A DNA stretch of 62,936 bases, the filler included, from Octopus bimaculoides (Eukaryota), in NCBI RefSeq assembly GCF_001194135.2. It is 8 parts of 7 records of this genome, joined end to end, with 100 filler letters (N's around TTAATTAATTAA, not from the genome) between each part and the next. Parts side by side here need not be neighbours in the genome. Positions count along the whole stretch, not along the records: positions 50,227 to 59,663 come from NC_068981.1; positions 59,764 to 62,936 come from NC_068996.1; 6 more parts are not named here. One strand, given 5' to 3'. The position numbers were made by a program, and so were the translations under genes. A model generated the notes under the pieces. It saw only the letters and a list, made by a program, of their open reading frames with translations, was not told the DNA's origin and searched no databases. Of this stretch, positions 50,514 through 62,936 are shown piece after piece (the first letter of the stretch is position 1; each line of letters opens with the position of its first letter).

Positions 50514-51403
50514 CGTGTGTGTGTGTGTGATGAGAAATGACCAAATTATTTCCAATTTTCTAGAAATAGAGGAGAAACTGGACGCAGAATTAAGTGTTTA
50601 TAACTTAATCAGTTTTCCTCGTGCACAGACGGCGACATTATTTATTTGGAAATAATAACTTTGGGGAAATGTTATTTAGTAACATCGGATAATTTCTGAC
50701 ATTACAGCCGTAATTTGACACAGTTTGGCTGCCTGAATCTGCCTTTGTGAACACAATGACGAATTTCTTGCGCCCGCTTCTTATCGTTTGCACAATTTAG
50801 GAAAAGAACGTTATAGCTTTCATTGTTTCGACATTATTATGTTGAAACATATGGTTAAAATGTTAATTCACGTGCTCTGCTTTCTTTTTATTTCTCTTAC
50901 CATCCGAACAAAAATTCCAGGATGCATACCAGGGACACAGTCAATAGTTATGAAACTCAATTATTATTATTATACATAATATCGTAGAAAACGTTTTATT
51001 CCATGTATCTGAAAAGATGGAGTGAACAGAAAGATTTTAAAGGTAATATCTTTCTATCGGTGCGTTTCTTTCACATATGTGATCAGATATAATTTAATTA
51101 TTAGAAAATAAGTTCTTGTAATTAAATATGTTTCCATGGGGGTACGGGGGTATATATAGATATGTATGGATGTTTCCCTGCGGGCAAAAGTCACGCAAAT
51201 TAATATATAATTGAATGACATATACTTAATAGCTTATATACTTAGTCATTCATGTCCATTTGATTTTGGTGATGCAAATTATTTTGGTTCCTAATATGAT
51301 TGAATTTTAGATGGAAACAGATACCATTAAGCGTACATACAAATTTAACAAGAACACAAATGCAGAAACAGACAAAAAGACACAGACACACACGCAGGCA
51401 CAC

Positions 51404-51449
<46 letters not shown>

Positions 51450-51752
51450 GCATCTGTAATGTGTATTAAATGTACACTATTTTACATGTATATATANNNN
51501 NNNNNNNNNNNNNNNNNNNNNNNNNNNNNNNNNNNNNNNNNNNNNNNNNNNNNNNNNNNNNNNNNNNNNNNNNNNNNNNNNNNNNNNNNNNNNNNNNNNN
51601 NNNNNNNNNNNNNNNNNNNNNNNNNNNNNNNNNNNNNNNNNNNNNNNNNNNNNNNNNNNNNNNNNNNNNNNNNNNNNNNNNNNNNNNNNNNNNNNNNNNN
51701 NNNNNNNNNNNNNNNNNNNNNNNNNNNNNNNNNNNNNNNNNNNNNNNNNNNN

Positions 51753-51783
<31 letters not shown>

Positions 51784-52149
51784 TATATAGACACACTGAA
51801 GCGTACACTCAAAGCCCACATGTATATAATAACATATATAGATACATAGACCGTGACTTGGAGTATACAAGATAACGGCCCGATTATGTAACCCTGCGGC
51901 CTTTACGATGGCCGTTATAGAATGAAATATGACGGGCACTCTCTATTATTGGAGTTGAGAAGATACATCCATCTTGTAGTTCCTCTGAAAAAAACTACGA
52001 AAGGAACCGTGTGATGTCACGAAAACACTTTCACTTCAACTTTGCCAGGCGACTAGATTTCTAGAAAGGTTTGTAAAGGAAATGGATATATATTACAGTG
52101 TTGGTGTCCCTGTAGAAATGGAGTATAGCGTTTATTCGTGAGTTTTTTT

Positions 52150-52620
52150 CGTGGTGGGGGTCAAATGCTGCATATTCGTCTGTGTTCATTTGGGTGTCCT
52201 TTATTTATCATTTGGTTAAAATCTTCGGTCAAATGCTTTGGAGTATTTATATATGCATGGGCATTGAGTGTGTGTAGAGACCTTGTATATAAGGGGGTTA
52301 ATATTGCAGGATGGAAAAGTGTCATTTGGGTAGGCGAATACCGTCTTAGGTTTAGTGTGTTTCCGTCAGTATGTTTGTGTATGTTTTAGTCGAACGCTTT
52401 GCTGTATTCCCATGTATTGATGGCGGTGATGGTGGAAGTACCGAAGTTGGGTGACTGGTGGTTGTAGTTACGATGGAGCATGTATGTATGACAAGATATA
52501 CTTCTTTTCATGTGGGCAAGAATATTAACTTCCATCTCTGCTGTTCAGATAGATGTCTGGATTCTAAGATTTCTTTAATATGACTCTTTTCTTAACCAGG
52601 CGTAATCTGTGTTTTCTTTA
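52150..52620 (-). mobile_element. Possible APE endonuclease relic of an L2/CR1-type LINE
   Basis: HTDGNTLNL at about 52345-52380 resembles TH..GNTLDL; strand composition is skewed. Confidence 0.35.
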
Positions 52621-53525
52621 AGCAATTACAACTCAGTATCTCTGTTAAATGCCATATGGAAGACATTTATATTCTAGATTTAATGCTCAGTATATCGGAT
52701 AACTTTTTTAGACTATATGAAAGAAGAAAAGAGAATATTTCTGAAGTAAATGAACCTAACCATCCTAAAGCATCTAGATAGAAACGACAAATTATACAAA
52801 GTGTAGGCTCTGTTTTCAAAGTAAATGCTTACAAACAGTGATTAATACAGACAAAAAAGCACCAATTCGCCCACACAATGAAAAATGAAATCCAATACGA
52901 TTATTCATTCGGAATAATGCACATTTCTACTTCCAAGTATATCCCCCTAGAACTTCTCAAATCTTTCAAAAACTTTTGTGTAGATATCTTCTCAAACTAT
53001 ATATGTATGATTCATTACTGAATATAAATGCAGCTGTTTAAACTTAAAAAAGAAAACTAAAAAATTATTCATTCCAATATGGCAAGTCTATCACGTAATT
53101 GCATTTTTTTTTCTAAGAATAAACTTTTCTCTATGAAAAGAACAATGCCTAACAAAATGACTTGTTTATATTACTGAAGTTTAATACTATGTAATGTTCT
53201 CTTTATATGTTTGTGTGAGAGAGAAGGGGAGGGATGGAAACATACCACACCACCGTTTCCCTGATTACACTGTTTCGTTTCTGAGAGAAGTTTCCTTTCG
53301 AAATATTAAATATGTCTCTTTAAGAGGAAAGGTACATAATCTAGTCTTCTCTTTCGTCTCGTGAGGAATGAAGACATTTTCCTAGCTTCTTAACTGTTAG
53401 CAGATAAGTTACCAGAATTAAACTCTACTATATTCCATGATTTTATTGCTTTATATTATGACTTGGAGTATCCTTGATTATGAAGAGAAATTGGTCATAA
53501 TTTAAACGTAAAGTCTGTATGTATG

Positions 53526-53565
<40 letters not shown>

Positions 53566-56500
53566 TACCCACCCACAAAAACACTTGCACCTGCGTACGT
53601 GCATGCATACTCGTATCTACGCGTACATAAATATAGATATATATGTATGTTAGATATACATATCAGTGGCGTACGGTGACTTCTGAGGATGATCATGCGA
53701 TAAATAATTATTGGCTGAGCCGAAATATTTTGAAAATATTTTGCTAAGAGAACAAATTTAGTTAGGTAATATGGCTATGATTTCTTCCATAGCCACAATT
53801 AAGCCATTTGGACAAATATTTAGAAAATCCTAGAGAATCTATGAAAGTAATAGCACACGTGTGAGTATGTGCAGGGATTGTAAATCAGTTGCAACAAAAC
53901 GGAAAGTTAATTTTAGTAAATCAACGAAACATTCATGATTTTAGAATTTCTGAAAATTTCTTCAATACAGAGGATGGTTAATGATTATAATTTCAAAATT
54001 TATGACAGAGTGAAATAGATATTTTAAAATCACGGCAACATTTAAGCTGACTAATTAAGACTTATGGTATTGTTGATATGTTTTGCTCAGAATTTTTACG
54101 GGTCAAAAAGTCAAACCTATTGGGCCGTTTAGCCTGTCGAGTTAGCGACATCAATTACAAAGAATTATTAACAAAGAGGAGCTGATAGAAAGGGAGGGGA
54201 AAGCCAAAGCTGTAACATTGTTTTTTTTTTTTTTAAGTATGCCTTCCGTCGTAATTTTATCGAGATAAAAAAGAAACTGACAAGCATTGACTTTACAGAT
54301 AGACAGGAAAGAATTGATAATTATTGAAAAATAGGAAGGGAAGGAAAAAAGATTTCATATGCGTTTTTCTTTAAGCATGTCTACAGGAAGCAGACTGTGA
54401 ATATAGAAAATTATCGAATATAGACGGGTTTCCTTGGAAAGAAAGTAATTATTTTAGCTCAGTTTCCAATGATTTGGACAACCTTTCAATGTGGTTATAA
54501 ATACATTGTATTCTTAAAGAAATATTTGAGCTATACAAAAAATAAACGGTCATGCAGTGCATTACTTGCATGCCTCGAATGCACGCCATTTATACATATG
54601 TGTATATAGATACACAAAACGCACACTCATATATATATATATATAAAAGTTGCTGTTCCCATGGGTAGATATCTGTGTGTGTGTGCGTGTGTGCATACAT
54701 ACATATAGACTTTACGTTTAAATTCTTACCAATTTCTCTTCATAATCATTACCAGTTTCTCCAAGTCATAATATAAAGCAATAAGGTAATGGAATATAGT
54801 AGGGTTTAATTCTGGTAACTTATCTGCTAATGGTTAAGAAGCAGATATATAACAGGTGCTGTCCCCACCAGTTCATTCATCACTTTTAGATGTAAAATTT
54901 TCTTTCAACAGAGATACAGACCACAATATAGTTCTCTCAACCACTTCTTTTTCTGAAATTACATCTTGAAGACTGTGCTGACAGTTGAATTTGTTGTTCC
55001 TTCTTGATCTTAATTGCCATAAATCCTTTAACTCAGAAAATCAATAAAAAAACAAATTGTACCAGACGCTGAGATTATGATTGTTCTTGCTTTTCAGAGA
55101 ATACATGTAGAATAAAATTTACTTGCCCTACATATAACTACAATATACATTTCATAATTTAATTAAAGGTCATTGTATATGCTTTAAATATGGATTTTGC
55201 AGGTTTTTCATGCAGGTCGTGTGATTAAATATACATTCTCTCTTTAACTCATTTCTTTCAACAGACATATTTTAATTTGTCTTATATATTATGATGCCCG
55301 AATGTTTGGAAAACATTTCGTGTGAATATCCTGCGTAAGAACACCCAAAGCATTTGAAATGAAGCAGCATCCTTCTTTTCCTCACTTCATATAAACGACC
55401 GTTTCAAATGAGGCAGTTATTAAAGATTCGATAGAGTTAAATATAAACGAATGCCTTCAATATCTTTACATATTGCCTTAAACAGTTGTTAATTGGTTTT
55501 GTATTGTAAACAAAGGTTGAATTATTCATTATGACGAAGTAATTCCTGATTCATACGGGATGATATCGTTTCTATTTTCGTTTTCTCTGTTGACTTCATA
55601 CCTTTATATAACGACAATATTTTCACGGCTTGAAGAATAACCGCGTTGTTTGAAGCCATGTGAGTGATTTAAAAATCTCTTTATAATTAGATATTTGTGA
55701 AAAGCTGTTACACGTAGAAATATAGCATTTAGAGCAGATGTCAAGTATCCTGGGAATAAATATATTTTCCTCCGTTTGCTTTCGAATCATTTCAATATTC
55801 CCCATGCTACTCATACACTATTACGATAAAATAGGTAAGATTTTGTGCTGTTTATAAATTGCAATACGGCACAAGAGTACAATATGTTAAATGTATTTTG
55901 ACATACAATGTTGTTCATTATATAGCAAAATCAAATGGCATGTTGACATAATAGGAATTCACAAGAGAGATGGTAAGTTATGCTAATTAGCTGCCGGATG
56001 TTTATAGGTTGAATAGAACATTGATGTCAATTATAAGTAATAACACATTCTTTTACTTTGTTACCTTTTTTCATATATAGAAGGAATAATGATCTATATT
56101 TTCCATAAATATGAATAGCATATTATGAGAGATATTCTACGTAACGAGAATATATTGCACGGAGTGAAGGAGAAGCATAATTATATGTTATATACCATAT
56201 CAATATAATGCGGTAAAATTGTAATTTGCATGGCTTGATCATATGCGTGATATCATGAAGAAAATGATTCACACATTGCTATTAAAATCTGAAAAAAATA
56301 TAACCAGATAGATATTTGCTATGTATTACAAATATTCATGTAATTTTCAAGAAAGCTTACTCCTACTTTTTAATGTCTACCTTTATTCTGAAAACGAAAT
56401 TTATAAAGACAACTCGGATTGCCGTAAAACATCTGACAGGGAAGTGAAAATGCCAATGAAGCAATAGCTATTAATTCATATTTCTAACATATATGTTTCT

Positions 56501-57169
56501 GAAGTTCGAAATCTTTTCAGCGATTCATTGTCTCACATGCTTTACATCATTGAAAGGGTTGATGTATAAATATATAACGTTGTGTAATACGAAGTGAATC
56601 ATTAGAGACGTGTCAGCTGTGTTCTCCTTTGCTTATATATTCAATATGACAAAAGAATTTATAGGAAGAAATTTTTAGTAATTATATAGAAACTGCTGTC
56701 GAATAAATATATATCTCAAGCATTTAATGTTGGAATCGAGTCTATTTTATAAGAAACAATACTTATTGAAATCTTACTCATATCTACCCATAGCATATAC
56801 AAACATAGTAATGTTTCGTATAGATTTCAATGAAATGAAACATTAAGTTTGAAGTTCAAAGCACACATTAAACAATTATAAACACAGTTTGTAATTCCAT
56901 TGTTTCTATTACCATGACATTTGAATGGGGAAAAGGATTGTTAAGCAGAATAAAGTCTTCCCTTCCTTGCAGAGCAAATGTCTCTTAGCATAATAGGTAC
57001 TGAATTAGAGCGTGATACACACACCCAAACTTGCTTGAATTTATTTCTACAGAATTTATTTCTACAGACACAAAATATATAGAGAGTTTAGTGAACGCTG
57101 GTAGCAGATATTTAGCTGAATTGAATATCATACGCCATCTTCGAAGTGAGAGTCCATCATTATGATCAT

Positions 57170-58790
57170 GATGATGATGATCATCATCATCATGAACCTC
57201 ATCATCTAACGCTGGAGATGTACTACGTTGTCAGCTGTTCACTACCAATCAACTAAGGTAACACCCCTTAAATTTCGAGCACCTCCGAAGTATTCGAGCG
57301 GATCCAAGCAGTGTTTTTTTCTGCAAGTGCTCCCGCTTATTGCAGCCCCTATTTGTTCCATGTACTTCACAAGATTTTTCATTACTTTCCACAGGGCTCC
57401 AACAATTACTGGTACTACTACCAACTTTTTCCAGCGACCACAACTATTTAACTTCCCAAGATAACCTGTTATATCTATCGACGTTTCTGGCTTCCTTATC
57501 ACATACCATGTTGTCTGCTGAGAATGCTATATCTATGATCCAACATCGTTTGATTTCTTACTCAAATGACACACTGGCTGGTTTCCTATTCTCTATCGAT
57601 GATGCCTTCGAGTTTATGATCGTACCACATTTTTGCTCTGTCAATACTTTGTTGCAAAGTGTCCAATGAATAATCCTTGTTATGTTGTCATGGCATCTCA
57701 AATATTCTTTCTGGACTAGTGGCGTACATTGACTGGTAATATGCTATAGGGTTTCACGATTTTGTCCACAAATTCTGCACGTATGACATTCTCATGTGTT
57801 GTCTATTCTGTATTTGATGTGATTGGTTCCGAATGCTTGATGATAGGCAGTACAGATTAGAGCCTCCGTTTCTGGTGTTAAATCACATTGAGTCATCCAT
57901 AGACATATTTAATCTCTGATTATGTTATCTTCAACATCCCTATGCCTATGCATTCTTTTCTTTATGTAACTATTTTCGGTTTCATTCATTGTGAAGTGCT
58001 TGTAGAGTGCTTTATCTTTGCAACATTCCATTCTACACAAGTCTGGCCTTCTTACTTCCAATAATAGCGGTTCTGGGGAATTTTTACATACCATACTATG
58101 TTGTTTACTCCTGCTCTAATACTGATTTCGCATCCAATTAGTCCTCTTCTCCCTCTTTTTCTTGGTACTTACAGTCTCTCTGTGTCACTTTTTGGGTGGC
58201 CTGACCATATCTAGTCAGCAACTTACTTGTCTTTCTGTCTAAGCAATTTAGTTCGTCTACTGTCCATACGATTACCTGCTCCATATCTAAGGAGTGAAAC
58301 CGTCCAGGTTTTGATAGCTTCACTCTTATTAATATAATTTCGACTGCAGACGTCTCAGTCTGCGCAAGTACACCACCGTAAATTTTTCTTTCATTTCTTT
58401 CTCAACTAATTTATCCATTTCCAGTATCTCCAAGTACTCATAGCCCGTCTCTTCTATTTGTTCATAACCTCCCTCGACGGTATCAATAGCCCGTACATAC
58501 ATTTGATTTTGCCTCTTCTCAAGACTAACACCACACTTTCTCAATCCGAACTCCATTCTGATACTAGCACTGAAAGCATAGACCTTATCAACGAGGAAAC
58601 TGACTTGGGCTTCATCTTTACCATAAAGTTTGATGTCATTCAGGAATAACAAGTGGTTGACTTTTTATTGGCGGCTTTTGAATTCATACACATCTGATAC
58701 TCTCCTCAAAATCAATGTTAGTGGTATAAAGCACAGTACAAAGATCAGTTGAGACAGGCAGTTCCCTTGGAAGATGCCCCATTATTAAAG
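57170..58790 (-). mobile_element. R4/Dong-like non-LTR retrotransposon, 5-prime truncated and degenerate (RT, CCHC finger, REL endonuclease, 3-prime tail)
   Basis: In order: GIFQGNCLS, NHLLFLNDIKLY, MEFGLRKC, CRICGQNRETL*HITSQC, CWIIDIAFSAD and VVVPVIVGAL. Ends in a TGA-repeat tail near 57170. Many stops and frameshifts. Confidence 0.9.
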
Positions 58791-58794
58791 TTAT

Positions 58795-59305
58795 TCTAGG
58801 GTAAAATGTACGAAGCCCAGTATACCCATCGTGACTACTCCTCTGAAAGGGGTACACGAGGCACGTGCATCACAACGATATGTGCACGATATGGTGAACT
58901 CATATCAAGATACGCAGCGCATGACCTTGCAGATGGGGCCCAGTTAGAATTTTCTTCAGTTCGAGTAGCCCATTCAGCTCAAATGGTCCCTGAAGAAGGT
59001 CTAAGGATGATGAACAAAACGCCCATGCTTCCAAAGCTGAATTATCCAAACTCCAATGAATTCCTCTCAACACATGGTTATGATGCTCCCCCAGTACTTC
59101 TGCACGTGATTAGAGATGCACATATCGTCAGCCACTAAGAGACATTCTCAACTGGTTATGGTCAAACAATTCAGAAACAAGTCTCTGGTATTGAACACTA
59201 AATTTTCTGTAGCCCATCTTTTATGCCTAGACAAAACAATGTACACGATAACACTTCCAATCAGTTAAGAGCAGAAGCCATGCGAGCAATTCCGTGGTAC
59301 TACGT
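58795..59305 (-). mobile_element. Family F element, second copy lacking the tail
   Basis: TAGGGTAAAATGTACGAAGCCCAG...AGAAGCCATG, collinear with the 38 kb copy. Confidence 0.8.
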
Positions 59306-59314
59306 CAGGGCATT

Positions 59315-59431
59315 TATTATTATTATTATTATTAGTAGTAGTAGTAGTAGTAGTATGATCATCATTATTTATTATTATTATCATTATTTTTATTATTATT
59401 ATTATCATCATCGTCATCATCATTATCATCG

Positions 59432-59493
<62 letters not shown>

Positions 59494-59663
59494 ATTATTT
59501 TATGTTTGACTTTTGTTTTGCATTTGTACAAGTTGGATCCAAGTCTCACCCAGAGACCTCAAGAGACAACAAGTTAGAAGTTCATGTAGGTGTTATGCCT
59601 AGGGTACCATATATTTGGATTTGTACAGTTTTGTTCAAGTGAATGTTTAAGAAACCATAAGAA
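59315..59663 (-). mobile_element. LINE-like 3-prime end with a long (TAA)n tail
   Basis: Unique sequence running into about 180 bp of TAA-type repeat; a second copy begins at 59764. Confidence 0.5.
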
Positions 59664-59763
59664 NNNNNNNNNNNNNNNNNNNNNNNNNNNNNNNNNNNNN
59701 NNNNNNNTTAATTAATTAANNNNNNNNNNNNNNNNNNNNNNNNNNNNNNNNNNNNNNNNNNNN
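59664..59763. other. Artificial scaffold-join spacer
   Basis: 44 N + TTAATTAATTAA (59708-59719) + 44 N. Confidence 0.95.
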
Positions 59764-59846
59764 GGGTGAGACTTGGATCCAACTTGTACAAATGCAAAAC
59801 AAAAGTCAAACATAAAATGATAATAATAATAATAATAATAATAATG

Positions 59847-59912
<66 letters not shown>

Positions 59913-59958
59913 GTAGTAGTAGTAGTAGTAGTAGTAATAAAAATAAAAATAATAATAA

Positions 59959-60035
<77 letters not shown>

Positions 60036-60072
60036 GTAGTAGTAGTAGTAGTAGTAGTAAAAAATAATAATA
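59764..60072 (+). mobile_element. Second copy of the same 3-prime end with a (TAA/TAG)n tail
   Basis: 59764-59818 is the exact reverse complement of 59497-59551 (55/55). Confidence 0.55.
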
Positions 60073-60074
60073 AT

Positions 60075-60290
60075 TTCTGCGGGAAGCACAAGGCCTCAAA
60101 TTTGGGGAAGGGGATTAAGTCGATTATATCAACCCCAGTACTTGACTGGTACTTAATTTATTGACACCCGAAAGGATGAAAGGCAAAGTCGACCTCGGCG
60201 GAATTTGAACTCAGAACGTCGCGACGGGCGAAATACCGCTAAGCAATTTGTCCAATGTGATAACGATTCTGACAGCTCACCGCTTTAACA
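60075..60290 (-). mobile_element. SINE family D, well preserved
   Basis: GAAAGGATGAAAGGCAAAGTCGACCTCGGCGGAATTTGAACTCAGAACG. Confidence 0.85.
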
Positions 60291-60305
60291 AGAACAACAA
60301 CAGTT

Positions 60306-61580
60306 ATTATTAATGTCTTTTATTTTCCACCAAGGCGACGTATGTGGGGAACAGTATAAAGACAGACATAGAGAGTTGGGATTTACCTAAAATGAAATAA
60401 TAAAAAGAAGTGCAAAAGATACATAAGGTGTGCAAGAGAAATATCAAGAAGAAGTATACGTAAGGATATTTATCAATAGCAAAGGAAAATTGATAGTAAT
60501 GTGGTTCTCCTGATGTAAGGAGGACGTCTAAAGACAATCGAGGAACCCCAACACCTAAAATCTCCTTGAATACCTAGGGCAAGTGCTCTCTCCAGTTTCT
60601 GTTCTCCGCCTCACAGGTCTATAATTAGAGTGGTACCACCCACTCTTGCTATTTTCACAACTTTCTCTGACGTCTCAATAAATTCACTCGAGAATAGCAC
60701 CTTCTTCTCCACCCACACTTTTCTTTTCAGGACTACGTTGAAAAAGTCGATAGGTGATATACCAATGAGAATGTTTCTGTTCTCATTCCTTTCAACCGCA
60801 TCCAACAAGCAACATCTTTCGCAACTGCCTTCAAGCAAAAGAAAACTGTCTTACCAGCCCTCTTAAAGGATGGCGACAGGGCAATCATCACTATGGACTC
60901 GGCCGATAGAGGGATCCGTCCTACACGCCACACCAGCTGTTCGACATATCTCTACAACGCAAGGAACAATGTCTGGACCTGATGTAGGCATTCGTAACTT
61001 CTCACCTTTTCAGAGAGAGCTTCCTCTCTGTCCATTTCTGGGTGAGACTGACCACTCTGTCCGTCACCTCGTCCCAGATTTTATCTACATGGTAGGCGGG
61101 ACCGAAACAGGCTCTGAGAAGTTTAACTGATTTGTCAGTCCAGCGTTCGACAGAGCAGTCCGACAGCATGGACCTAACGCTACATGTAAACAGCTGCAAG
61201 CCTGCTGACCTGTCCGTGTTGATTTTAGCCCCTTTAGAATGATGCCTACCATCTCCATTTCAGTGGCATTCGACACCATGACTGTGAATGTCTTCTGCGT
61301 ATGCTGAAACTGCTCTCCCAGGGTTCCCCTCAATGGTTTTAACCCACGCAGTAGTGACTTGAGAGCCAGCTCATGCAAAAGAGGAGACAACAAGTAGCCC
61401 TGATAAAATGAACGTGCGATACGAACCGGTTGCGATAGGTGGACGTTTATTTTGATCGTCGAGGAGGTATCGCTCTACATTCCATCGATCCAACTTGCGA
61501 AAATAGGTCCGATCAGGCGTAAATGATAAACTCTGTCACCTATGAAGCAGAAGTCGCAGCAACGCCTCAAGATAACTTAA
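60306..61580 (-). mobile_element. Tx1/L1-clade LINE fragment (RT plus C-terminus plus 3-prime UTR) with an internal deletion
   Basis: LSPLLHELALKSLLR, TVMVSNATEMEMVG and KIWDEVTDRVVSLTQKWTERKLSLK, then a jump after NAYI to the C-terminal RIPLSAESIVMIA region. AATAAA and a short AAT tail near 60310. Confidence 0.85.
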
Positions 61581-62239
61581 CTGAAAAGGAAAAATTAGAT
61601 AGGTTTATGCAAAGACAATTTCAATTGACGTTATGGAAACCACCAGTCTTTTTTCTGGCACATTGCCGAGAGTAAAGCCGCTAAGTTGGCTAGTAACTTA
61701 TGAGATTTGAAGACCAACTACATACCAGATACAATCAAGTATGTATATGACTCTAATGCAATTTATGCGTCGCAGAAAGATTGAAAAATTACACCGGACT
61801 ACTAGTTTTGTTATAGCTTCTAAGGCAAAAAGGGGAGGTGACTCTAATTTCCTCTCTTCTTTACCATTTTTATTCACACTTCACATTTTGCATGAATCTT
61901 CCCGTCTTTTTTCTCGTTGTTTCTCACCTTCTAGCATCCTGATTTACAAGTAGAACAGACCATGTGATCGGAGCTTGAACATTGCTTGGAGAAACAAGGC
62001 ACGTCATGAAAATCTGCCTAGCCACGTGTATTCACAGCAAAAAAACTATTAGTAGCACTTATCTTTCTATTGTGAACATTAAATGATATTTATCTATCGT
62101 TGGATGGCGTACTTTTTTGTTAATCTTACCCATAGCCGTGTGTGTGTGTAAATGATTTATATCATCCATGAAACGAATGTAACCAGATAATAAATTTAAT
62201 ACCAACATCTTTATTCTTTTATTCATTATATATTATTTT

Positions 62240-62936
62240 ATTTTCATTTGTTTCAGTCATTTGACTGTGGCCGTGCTGGAGTACCGCCTTTAGTCGCCTT
62301 TAGTTATTTTCATTTTTGCGTAATTTAGACGACAATTTATTCACCGCACTTTGTATATTGACCAAATCATCCTTAGCACTGTAGAGCAGGTTTTGAACTC
62401 AGAGCACATATGTACGCGTGTTGTGACACACGCATTCACACGCGGGCAAACACCTATACGCACACACACGCGAGAACGCGGACAAACACCTACACGCGCG
62501 CACACACACACATATATAATTCTTTTTACTCATTTTACTTGTTTCAGTTATTCGACTGCAGCCATGCTGGAGCACCACCTTTAGTCGAAGAAATAGATCC
62601 CAGGATTTATTCTTTGTAAGCCTAGTACTTATTCTATCAGTTTCTTTTGCCGAACCGCTAAGTTACGAGGACGTAATAGCACCAACATCGGTTATCAAGC
62701 GATGATGTGGGGGAAGACAAACACAGACACAAACACAGAAATAAAACAGGTTTTGTGATGTCTTTGCCGCTTTATTAATAAAACATATTACTCTACCTCC
62801 GGTATTCGAGTACTATTTTTTTCACCTTTTCTCACATTTATGTGCTTACTCTGGTATATATATATATATATATATATATATACGACGGGCTTCTTTTCAG
62901 TTTCCGTCTCCCAAATCCACTCACAAGACTTTGATC
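62240..62936 (-). mobile_element. SINE family A copies (short 3-prime piece at 62240-62300; longer copy 62520-62936) with a family D scrap between
   Basis: TTTTACTTGTTTCAG...GCCTAGTACTTATTCTATC...GACGGGCTTCTTTTCAGTTTCCG. Confidence 0.8.

Noticed and set aside
54912-55335. Several strong splice acceptors, with NTC and SSLNHF peptides
   Set aside because: The frames close quickly and no family motif is sustained.
1-62936. Long ORFs of poly-M/H/S/I/Y, alternating CV/HT/YI, or X
   Set aside because: They are translations of microsatellites or N-gaps and not genes.

Overview
AT-rich, repeat-dominated eukaryotic DNA. The microsatellite load and SINE/LINE families look like a coleoid cephalopod, probably Octopus; this is my inference from pattern recognition, not a database result. 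The window is not one contiguous molecule: seven artificial 100-bp spacers (44 N + TTAATTAATTAA + 44 N) join eight pieces, and about 20 further N-gaps sit mostly at microsatellites. I found no intact protein-coding gene; nearly all listed ORFs are microsatellite, repeat or N artefacts. Recognisable content: about 30 SINE-like copies from six families (my labels A-F); non-LTR retrotransposon fragments from several clades (R4/Dong-like, CRE-like, another REL-type, Tx1/L1, RTE and possible CR1/L2); a mariner-type MITE; and fold-back elements. Two items stand out. (1) A minimal type I hammerhead ribozyme motif on the minus strand (37909-37955) at the tip of a 142-nt hairpin. (2) Exon-like pieces of an ADAM10/kuzbanian-like metalloprotease gene on the plus strand (about 25.7-31.2 kb), apparently disabled. 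All protein similarities are by-eye motif matches and need computational confirmation.
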